This document shows, one piece after another, positions 38,888 to 49,188 of a stretch of DNA of 64,000 nucleotides. Position numbers and translations under genes: made by a program. Source of the DNA: Oikopleura dioica (lineage: Eukaryota; Animalia; Chordata); assembly GCA_907165135.1 (NCBI GenBank), contig OU015567.1:310001-374000 (forward strand). Reading direction: 5' to 3'. Position 1 is the stretch's first letter. Each line of letters begins with the position of its first letter. The notes under the pieces were generated by a model. That model was not told where the DNA came from and did no database searches. It worked only from the letters and a program-made list of their open reading frames with translations.

Positions 38888-39812
38888 TCTAAATTTTAGA
38901 TTCTAAAATACCGTCCGTTGCTAGCTTTACTTTCTTCCATTGAAAAAAATACTCGACTTTCCGAAAATTCAAACAAAAAAAGCTCGATAAGTTCTGTTCT
39001 CTTCTGTTGATAAAATTCTGAAAATACTAAAATAAATAACTGATAAATTGAAAATCGAATATATGGGTCGCTTTGAGAAGTTGCCCGGTTTTTAAGTTTT
39101 TTGAGCATTTTTGGGTTATTTACGAAGAATCCACGTGATAGTTTTCGCAAATTCCGAAAGAAGGATTTTCAAAAAGAAATGAACAAATTTATTCTCGGGT
39201 CTAAGGGTATCCTGACACAAAGCAAACTTAGCTTTCAGAAAAGACCGTGAAAAGCGGCTCTTGAACACCTTAAAATACATTTCTTTATTTCAAAAAAGGG
39301 ATAATACAAAACAAGACCAACAGGACAGACGCTATCTGAAACTGTTGAGCTGACGAGCAGACACCCTTAAGAGGCTTACGAGTAGTTTTGTTATATTTGG
39401 GCTCAGAAACCTGTGTTAAAACCCTGACTCAGGTTTCCGAGCCCTAAAATAATGATTAGTAGTATATAAAATATGAATCATATTATATGATTAGTAGTCA
39501 ATTAATAAAAATTAAGCCCTTTTCCTTATCATCCCTTCTGAAGTCATCTTTACAAATGCATTTGAAGACGTAAAAACCATTTTCCTCCACTTTCCCACAG
39601 ACTTCATTCTGTCCATTGCACGATCTAAATGTTAATTAATTTGACAACTTTTTACTTTTCAAATTGAATCGACATTGATTGGGAAAGAAAAAGACATCAT
39701 CGACTTTTACCGCATTTTGCAGTCGGCAATTAACTGTGCCCCTACATAACTATGAATAAATTATTGCTTTTGACGAGCTATAAAAAGACTGCTGAAGGGT
39801 AGAAATAACAAA

Positions 39813-40310
39813 ATGCGGCTTTTGACGTTTTGCGCCTTTTTTGTTCTTGGATTTGCTCTTTCTTCGATGGAGAATATGATCCAAAAGATCTGGAGGAGTT
39901 TTGAAGCCTCTTTGGAATGCCGAAGAGGTTAGAGGAAAAGATTAATAGTGGGTTAATCTTTCATCTTTTTAATTATCACGGCTTTATAAAAACCAAGACG
40001 AATAAGAAATACCGTATTCTTCTTGAAAGAGTCAAAAACTCCAGTTTCGGAGGATGCGATTTTCGATTTTAGGCTTATTTTTGACCGCAGGGTTGAGTTT
40101 TAACACCGATGTTTTTGTTGAAATGCTCCAACGTTCCCTCCAAAAATATGGCCCTTCAGTCGCTTGCAAAGTGTATTTTTTTTTTCATCGAAAATTTTCT
40201 TGACCCCTTTCTTTCTCTTTATGATTTTTTAGATAAAATCAAAGCTCTCCGAAGACGTCCAACATACGCTGAAAATCTCGAAATCCGGAAAGCTGGGCTC
40301 GGGAACCTGT
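39813..40310 (+). CDS. Small secreted protein, multi-exon
   Basis: TATAAAA at ~39779, then MRLLTFCAFFVLGFALSSMENMIQKIWRSFEASLECRR followed by a GTTAG donor. Downstream exons are uncertain. Confidence 0.45.
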
Positions 40311-40449
40311 GATGACAACCTGAGTCAGGCTCTAGAACAGCTTAAAGAAAAGCCGCGACTTTCAATAAAATCAGGCTACGCGGCTTTTCATTTTAACTAT
40401 CTTTTCAGAACCTGACTCAGGTTTTCTGCACAGGTTTGCGAACGCAGCT

Positions 40450-41311
40450 GGAAAGAATGTGAACTGTGACAACTTTTAGTTTCCTTTTTGTCCAATAAAG
40501 TAATGTAAACTCACGTGTATCTGCAAGAAGTGACCACCAAAGGTGATGGTCTCCAGGCAGAGGGGTTTCTCAAAGAATCTTCTGTCGAGGTTGAAGTTGT
40601 AAGAGTAGTCGGAGCCGGAGTTATTGGAGTGTAAGGTTTGGTCTCGTCATTATTTTCTTGGGAGATCCAGTTTTCTGGTAGCGAGTTTTCCGTGATTTCT
40701 AGAATTTGGGCTTCTCCAATCGACCTAGGGGATTAAAAAGAGCTCTGACCTGGCTTTGGACGGAACTACCTGATGGACACCCTTAGTCGATAAATAGAGA
40801 AAAGGTCGGAAAGGACATCATTACAAATCGTCACGTAGATTTGTCGGTGAAGTTCAGTGTTGGCCTGATAAGTGTCTTTACGATGGTAAATATGCTGTCT
40901 TTGGTGTTGGATTGTTTCTTCGACAATGAACATTGTGATCTACCATTCCTGTGTCCAGTAAAACAGTGGCATTGACCACTAGAATCGGAGATAAGGAGGG
41001 GTAAAAGGTTGAGGTCCAGTTAGGGCCATAAAAATTGATTGGGAAGAGAAAATTTCGAGAGTAATTCTCAGCGTTATCGAACTGGTAGTCGAATTAGGGT
41101 TGATCATTGTATATTAAGATCCTTCAATAATAATTTTTAATGATAAACCGTTTATCTCAAGATCAGCTTTGAAAGTAACATCAGTTTCTTCCATCCAAGG
41201 ACTCTCCCGAAGCCTACTTTCTTGTTCATTTTCTATCTCTAAAAACTCCGGGGGTTCTGTAAAAAGATCGGAAAAGCTAGAAAACGCGACCATGATTATG
41301 AGCTGGATCAT
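40450..41311 (-). CDS. Putative secreted glycoprotein with Thr/Ser-rich segment, multi-exon
   Basis: MIQLIIMVAFSSFS signal-like start; later exons give PITPAPTTLTTSTSTEDS. No family recognised. Confidence 0.35.
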
Positions 41312-41894
41312 TTTTGAAGGAAAATAGAAGAGAATGGCATGGATTCTTGAGCTTGAATTAAATATGGAGTCGAAATTTTAAATGGCCGCAATTTTGCAGA
41401 AGCTACAGATTTAGATCGCAATAAGATTATCCCTTAGATAGACTGAGAATTGAAAAAACTGATTTTACCACAAAAAATATACTGACACCCTTATTTCGCA
41501 AGGTAAAATAAGGGTATCAATACTGAAAATTCTTTGAACGAGCTTTTTATAAGAGTAAATTGATGATCGATTATCATTATGCTAGCTCATAAGTTTGGTA
41601 TTCAAACAATTTTATTCGGAAATAAGCTAGTCAGAGAAACGGTATTTCGTGTCGAAATCTGTGCCGCGCCGCGTGACTTGCTTCCTACGTGACTGGCTCA
41701 TTCACTCGTCTGCGCCATTGATGCGTCACGTACGCTGGCGCAGGCGGGCGTCACCGGCGCTCTTCCAGCCAATCAGCGGGCGTCATGGCGCTGTGCGTGG
41801 GTGGCGCGCGAGTGCATCGATTGCATTGTGACTCAGCAGCGAATCAGCTCGTGCTACTACGCGCCTCACTCATTCAGCACCACCCTTGATGTCC

Positions 41895-42432
41895 GCCAAA
41901 AGTAGTAAGAGATGAGAAAAGAGATAAAAACTCGTGCAGAGAGCTGTAACTGTAAATCATCCCTCGGCCCGTGTCGCGGCACACCTTTACCAGTGCGCTG
42001 GGGAGTTAAACTTATGGAACCCAGCCGCATTGGTCAAGGTGCCACCTGACCGGATGGGAAAATGACAGCATGAAAGGAAGCACAAAGCATTAAGGGTGTC
42101 CACATCGAAGAGAATCAATTTCGATGTTGACACCCTTATTGTTCACTTCACATGCTTGGCCTTTTCTCTAATGCCAAAATCGACCTCATGTAATCGAACT
42201 GGATACCCTTAACCGGGCTGGACGCTAAAAATCTGTCTTGGTAAATCGTTAGCACCAGAAATTGACAACCATCTGAGAAATCTGGTTGTGAACAGACGGT
42301 AGCAAACGGCGCTGATGACACCTTCGACTGTAACTCTCCATTCTATCATTTGACTGTTCTTCAGTTGATGATTTTTTCTGCTGAAAATGATCAAAAAAGA
42401 ATCTGAATAAAACCATATCTTTCTTCCAAGAC
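41895..42432 (+). repeat. 538-bp segment duplicated directly at 63451-63988
   Basis: Colinear match with about 4 substitutions seen by eye. Confidence 0.9.
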
Positions 42433-42800
42433 GAGATTCCGTGAATTGTCTACTAGACGCCGAAACTGACGCCCAAGATTTGAGATAGAAATCGACAATC
42501 TTGGGCAGTAATTAAAAACTCTAATTGACAATCTTGGCCGCTGAAATTCGCTCAGCTACGGTAAATGCTGAACTCGCCAACTAGTGATTAATTTTCCATG
42601 AAGCGATATTCCTATTCCAGACCGTCCAAATGAACCAGCTGGTTGTTCCCCTTCCGATATCGCTTATCAACTCAGCATGATTTCAATTTGCGCGAACGCA
42701 TGCCCAACAAGTGGCTCAGTTAACGAGAAAAGGCTAATTCAAGAAGCTGATTTCTATTTTTTTTACTTTTGTACTTTTTCTTTTGTTTTATTTCTGAAAA

Positions 42801-44288
42801 ATGAAGACAAATACTGTTTTGGCGACTGTATTGGCCCAGGCCGCGAGCGGACTAAGAGTTGATTTCGGAAATAATGACTCGAAAAGTTACAGGTAAACAG
42901 TAAGGGAAGGGACTAAGCTGGGCAACCTGTGTTGAAAACCTGAGTCAGGGTCTTGAAAGCGTTTTTATGAAAAGCTGCGACTCAGCGACCCTAACCCTGA
43001 CTCAGGTTTGCTTAACAGGTTGCCGAGCCCACGGTGACCCCCTTAAAACACTATGTTTGCAGATCACTAGACGAGCTCCAGAAGCAACGCGTCCGGGCCG
43101 CCTCTAGAATCGCCACCGACCGCGAATCGTTCATCGCCAATCTTCGCAAAAACAACTTTTTCGCCGTTCCCGAATTCGAAATCACAAAAATCGTAGACTT
43201 GAATGTCGACCTTCGCGATGTGCGACCAAACGACATTGATGTTGATTTTCTGAAAATGAATCGCGGCTTTGGTTTTTTTGGAGAGTGACGATCCTCAAAG
43301 CCGAAGTCCGAGAAAGACGATTTTGGATGATGAGCCGAAAGAAGAGGTTTTTGAGAGCTTTTCAGAGGAGGCAATCGAGCTGGATTTTGAGGCTTCCGGG
43401 GAAGGATCAGGAAAGAGTCTTGAATAGAGGACATACTTTGAGTCTAAGACCTAATCTTTTTGTATCGGGCAATTTTCAAAACTCTGCAGGCTCCGATCCA
43501 TTGACAACCGAGAGTCCACTTACAACCGAAAAATCTACCGTAGAATGGATGGAAGAAAATACCACTCGATTGGAACTGTGGTCAACCGTAAACGGATACG
43601 AAAATGAAGAATCGACAACATCAGAGATTTATACAACATCTGGGACAACAACATTGGAACCAACTCAAACAACTCAAAATGCTGAAACAAGATTTAATCC
43701 AATAGATAAGGCAGCTTTTTTCGGCAATCCAGGGGCGGTTCTCTTCCTTGATTTTTTGAACTTTATTGAGCAAGAATTGATTTGAACCAAGAAACAGTTA
43801 CTACTGAGAGCAATCAGCCAATCACTTCCGTAATCAAAATCGAAAATGAAGCTCTCTCAATCGCTCCCTCTGTTGATGTTCAGTGCTCTGCAAAAACCAT
43901 CTGCGTCGAGTTCACCAAGTCCTATCTCGCCCAACACTGGCACGAGGACAAATGGTGGGGTCTCCACTTCAGCCAGCTCTGCAACGAGCTCCATGTTTAT
44001 GAAGACGCGACGACGTTTAAAATGTGTCTTGGGGATGAAAACACTTCGGATTTTCTCAACTGCGGGACGAACCTGAACACCAATGCGACCCATGCTGTTT
44101 TCTCCAACCACGTGACTCACTTCTTCCCCGATCGATCGAGCACAGCTGGATTGGAAGTCGGTACTTTTGGAACGCAGAAGATTTTTGAGTGGAAATGCAC
44201 CTACCCGCTTCAGATGGTTCATAGTTCCGAAGTGCGCCAATGGACGAAAATGAAAACAGCGACAAATAATCATCTTCTTCTGAAATGA
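42801..44288 (+). pseudogene. 5' half of a ZP-domain gene (signal peptide, Thr-rich region, ZP-N), truncated at 44230 by a rearrangement; frameshift in the T-run near 43275
   Basis: MKTNTVLATVLAQAASG start. ZP-N Cys pattern CSAKTICVEF...LC...MCLG...CGT...FSNHV...IFEWKCTYP. Sequence after 44230 is unrelated to the ZP continuation found at 63161 and 48436 on the minus strand. Confidence 0.8.
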
Positions 44289-44620
44289 GAAAAATAATGA
44301 TCAATAATGTCACATTGTAACCCTTACCCTCACCCTAACCATAAGCCTAATCGTATATGAAAAAAACCATAGAACCATAAAATTCTTCATCTCATCTTTG
44401 TTAATGCATCAATAAATAAAATATTTCAATAAATAAATATGTCATTCTCTATGATTCAAGCACTTATTCAGAAGCACCCATTCCTACAGTCGGAGCGCGT
44501 TACTGTTCAAACGAAAGTCATTCACGAATTTATGAAAGTGTAAATTGACACAATTATAAAACTGACGATTACTGAATTTCTCGCAAAACTGAATCTTGAG
44601 AAAGACAAAATAAAAAAAAA

Positions 44621-47457
44621 ATGGAGCCAGTCAATGATATAAATGATCAATTACAATCAAATAGAGAGATTACTCCGTCAAGAAGTAGACCTATCTCGAG
44701 AGAAGAGGTTTCAATTCATTCTTTTGTAGCTTGCGAGAGCGAAAAAAAGTGTAACTACAGGGAAGCTGTCTGGGCTATTCTTGTCCTAATTTTTGCCGGC
44801 GGTATCGTTTTGGCCATGACTTTGCCCTTCATTCTTGAGCCATTCAACACGACAACAACTACAACTACGACAACCACAACGACAACAACAACTCCTTTCG
44901 ACGAAGGTATCAAGAGTTGTCATTTTTTCTATTTTCAAATGAATTCTAAAATTGCCCTCAGATTGGGCAAATTGCGCGAGATGCAAAGAACGAGTAGACA
45001 TATGGAACCAAACGCGCGGCAATAATGATGACGATGAAGGATGCTTTCAAGATGGTTTCGACTTTATTCAAAGATGCCCGAATCGGAATGATTTATGCTC
45101 AGCATCTCTTTGGGCCAAAATGTATTCTGATGGAGAAATTTTATACGAGATAAAACGAGAATGCGTTGGCAAGGATTTTGACAGGCAATGTTATAGTTCA
45201 AGCTTAGTTCAAAATTGTACATCTTTGTGTGACCCAATAGCAAGCGGCATCGGCTGCAATGTTGGCCTTGAGGATGTTTCAGATCAATTTGAGTCAGAAA
45301 ATAATGTGACAAGTTGTTATCAATGCGATCACGTTGGTAATCCAAGCAGTTCGGACTGTGTATATTTGCCCGCGAATCTCACAGGGGATGAATCTGTTGA
45401 ATGCCCTCGATATGCCAATTCAGCATGCTTATATGCTAGTGCTATAAAAGCCACGGAATTTCATAAACATTACTATCATATTCGATTTTATTTTAAGTAT
45501 TCCGCTTGAAAGAGCAAACAAAACCAATTTTACAAAGCGGAGTCAAATCAAGAGAATATCATCGAGGATGCGTGCCTTTTGAGCTTGAAAATGTAGAAAC
45601 TTGCTATGAAGAAACTTATACTGACGGCCGTAAAAAAATATAAAACAACATATTGCAAAAGCACATGTTCAAATAACAAATGTAACGATGAAGACTTGAC
45701 CTTCATTCCTCCAGTACAAACGACCTCGACCACAACGACAACAACGACAACAACCACCACCACAACAACAACTACCCCATTTGACAAAGGTAAGTCCGAG
45801 AAGTTATCGTTAACGAAATAAAATTTATCTACCAATGAGAAAGTTTCCTTTGAAGTTTCGCGTTTCTATATTCATTTGAGATTGGGCGAACTGCGCGAAG
45901 TGTACGGAAAAAGTCGATATTTGGAATAAAACGATCGGAAAAGGCGATATTGGATGCTTTCACGATGGCAGCGATTTCATAAAAAGATGTCCGGGTCAAA
46001 CTGATTTGTGCTTGACATATCTCTTGGCAAATATGTCCATGTCTGGAGAGATATCCTTTGAGATTGGACGGAACTGCGTAAATAATAATGTTGAAGAGGA
46101 CTGTTATGTGTCTGATTATTCTCGTGGGACTCAGCTCAAAAACTGTACGTCTTTGTGCGACCCAAGAACGACTGGCATCGGGTGTAATTTAAACCTTGAG
46201 GAAGTTTCAGAAAAATTCAAGTCAGAGAACGATGTGAAGAGTTGTTTTCAATGCGATTACAGAGGTTCTAACCCCAAATTTTCGAAATGTGTTAATCTGC
46301 CCCGGTATCTGGTCGGGAACGAGACTGTTGAGTGTCCTCGATATGCAAATTCAGCTTGCATGTATGCTAGTTCCGAACGAGCCACGGAATATCGTCTTTA
46401 TCTTTATTTGTTTATCTTTTTTTAAGTATTCCGTTTTTAAGTACAAACTCGGCCAATTTTTCAAATCCAAGAGCTTCCTGGGGAATTTTATCGTGCATGC
46501 GTACCATTCGAGCTTGAAAATGTTGATACGTGTTACACACAATATTCTTCTGATGGCCGTAAACGATACAAAAATAAATATTGCAAAAGCACTTGCTCAA
46601 CTAAAGATTGTAATTCGGAAAGCCTAAGCGCTGTTCCTCCCGTTCAAACCACTTCAACAACTACAACCACAGGCGTTTCCGAGACAACAACAACAAAAAT
46701 CGGTAAAAATTGAAAATACATCTTTGAAATTGCAAAGCAATAATTGCATTAATAAACGTAAATTATAGGCTTGGCTGTTTGTGCTCGGTGTGCTGAAATA
46801 CTTGGAATTTGGAATAATACCATCGAAGGCCAACCTGGATGTTTTAAATATGGACAACAATATAATCTCCCCTGTCCTGAAGGTTATGATCTCTGTCATA
46901 CGTCATTGATTGCAGCTATGGGTCGTTACGGGATGATGACATTCACAATTGCTCGCGGTTGTATAAAGACTACAGATAATCAGCCTATAAATTTTTGTAC
47001 GAGTGGACTTGGTACTTTTACACAACACAAAGAATGCGCAATTACATGTAATCCCTCAATTGCCGGAAGAGCCTGTAATTCAGGCTTAGAGGAAATATCA
47101 GAGAAATTTGAGTCAGAAAATGCTGTCAAACGATGCTTTCAATGTGATCAGGAGAACCTTAATGGTTCCTTGTATGGAAACCAAACTTGTTCTTATGCTC
47201 AAAATTCAACTAGTAAAAGTGTTGAGTGTCCCCGATATTCAAACACAGCTTGTTTCTCTACAAGTGCAAAACTTGTTTCTTATCCTCCATTAAAAGAAGA
47301 GTTTAATCAGTTCGCTCATCGTGGTTGCGCTCCGTTTGAATTTAAGAATGAAGAGTCTTGCTATGCATACAACTCCACGGGAGAAGAATTCAGCGGCTGC
47401 CAACAGACGTGCACGACAAACGACTGTAATTATGAAAATATGCATGGTTTCATCTAA
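44621..47457 (+). CDS. Type II membrane protein with three tandem Cys-rich units (paired Ly6/uPAR three-finger-like domains) separated by poly-Thr stalks
   Basis: TM segment AVWAILVLIFAGGIVLAMTLPFIL. Three homologous units CARC...CP...DLC...C...CN / CFQC...ECPRYANSAC...RGC...CN, with (T)n linkers near 44850, 45720 and 46650. Confidence 0.7.
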
Positions 47458-47545
47458 TTATTGAATTGTATTTGAATGAGGCAATCGAGACTGATATATT
47501 ATCACAATAGCTTTTTCATGCAATATTGCTTGGAATAAAACAGAA

Positions 47546-48436
47546 TTATGCAAGAGTCGAGTCTTCTGTTGGGCATTTTCTTGTCGCTCCATAAATTGCA
47601 ACGAGCATGACCATTGTGATAAGCGTTATCAGTGCGATTAGAAAGTGGTTGATAAAGTTAAACTCGGCATCAAAAGTTGCTTCTTCTCCTTGTTCCCCAA
47701 CGAGTCCTGTCGCTGGATCAATTATCAAGTACTCAGCTTTGGAATAGCCAGTGAATCGAATGGGACCAAGGGAGACAACATTTTGACCATCGTAAGAAAC
47801 ATCTCTTGGAGATCGAGATTTTGCGCATTCGACAGCGCAGCTACCATCAAAGTCTTCGATGCAGACATTGACTTTGCAGTGCATGTAGACATTTTCAGAG
47901 TTTGTGAATCTAAGAAAATCATCATCAACGAAGAAAACTTTTGTCTTACTTGAAAACTCGGGATTGCCAGAGAACTTCGGATTCTTGTCCATTTTCGCGG
48001 ATCGTCATTTCGATTTGTGAGCCGATTGGAGTTGTGCAAAAATCGTCGTAGAACTCGAAACCATCCTTATCTTTCAAAAAGTTACGAAAATGGATTGCGT
48101 TTTATGGTTTTTACCGTTGATGTCTTCAGTAGGAGTTGCCCAGCAAGAGACAACTTGAAGGTTTGTCCCATTCATTGGTTCTTCGAGAACGACTTTCATG
48201 TTCAGAAAATTTCCTGTATCCAAAGTCGGGCTAAAAATTGTCTCACTCAAATCCTAAAGAAATTATTTTACCTTGAAAGATTGATCAAATCCGTGTAGTT
48301 TTCATCGGCATACAATTCAAAATCCACTCCAAACTTTCCAGAAGCATCGAGTGAATCGATGACGATCTTTTTCGCTGTATTTTGGCCTCTATAAAAGTGA
48401 ATGAAAGAAGACTTGGAGCGTTCTTACTTATAAAGA
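47546..48436 (-). pseudogene. 3' half of the ZP-domain gene (ZP-C, furin-like site, TM)
   Basis: SGKFGVDFELYADENY, LQVVSCWATPT, VYMHCKVNVCIEDFDGSCAVEC, RSPR, LGPIRF and a C-terminal TM. It joins in frame to the ZP-N copy at 63159 once the retroelement is removed. Confidence 0.85.
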
Positions 48437-48702
48437 GAATCTAGGACAAGGGATTAGCAGCCCGCTAGAAATAGAACGCGGCAGGAAGCCTAGTAACCAG
48501 AGGCAGGGATTCCCAGGAGGCAGCGGAAGGTGTCAAAGGCGCCCGAGAGCACCTGGTTTCGAGCGGGTGCCCCGGAATCACGCAGGTTCATTCGAAAGGT
48601 TCTTAGCCTACAGCTAAAACCTTAAACGAGGAATTTTAAATAGAGCCTTTTTCTCAGCAGAAGCATTACCAATAAGACTCCTAGCTGAATCAAAAAGACT
48701 CT
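48437..48702 (+). repeat. Terminal repeat A1
   Basis: Direct repeat of 62723-62988; begins with GAATC. Confidence 0.95.
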
Positions 48703-48819
48703 AGGTAGACCATCAATCGATGCTACCTGCTTATTTCACCTCTAAAAGTCCACGGACTATAAAATCATTCAGCCTCAGGCAATTACGCCTCGAAGGCTCT
48801 GGGATTCTTACTCAGTAAG

Positions 48820-48870
48820 CGGCCGCAGCGGCGCGCCGAGCCGAGCCAATCAGCTTCAGGCTTCTTAGAT
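48820..48870 (+). promoter_or_regulatory. Putative element promoter (GC-rich + CCAAT box)
   Basis: gcggccgcagcggcgcgccgagccgagCCAATcagcttca. The aatcagcttca motif recurs at 52650 near an inverted CCAAT (52591) and a TATA-like site. Confidence 0.4.
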
Positions 48871-49188
48871 TCAGAGAAACCCTCTTCTTAGAAATTCGGA
48901 ATTCCTGTTTCTTCCTCGAAGCCCTAGACTTGCTGACCCTCTCATTTAGACATGATCGAGGAGGCCTTCGTCAAGGCAGCGCTGGAATTCGGCCCCAAAT
49001 GGGGAGTGGCTTTGGACTCGGATCCAACACGCCCAATCGAGAACTCCCAAAGAAGACTCCAAACCCTCAATGAGGAAATCTCTAGGAAAGGATCTCTTCT
49101 CCTCAGAATCTTTTAGGAACGGGCTATCCCGAACACCTTCCAAATTTAGGATAGGTTTTGATCCATTTAAAGAAACACTCTGCTCTTA

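Noticed and set aside
41895-42432. 538-bp duplicated segment as an independent transposon
   Set aside because: I saw no TIR, TSD, polyA tail or Helitron ends, and the junction microhomology fits template switching better. The ~4 mismatches leave a haplotype or repeat origin open.
44850-45775. (ACA/ACC/ACG)n tracts as microsatellites
   Set aside because: They are in-frame poly-Thr linkers with mixed codons, already explained by the CDS.
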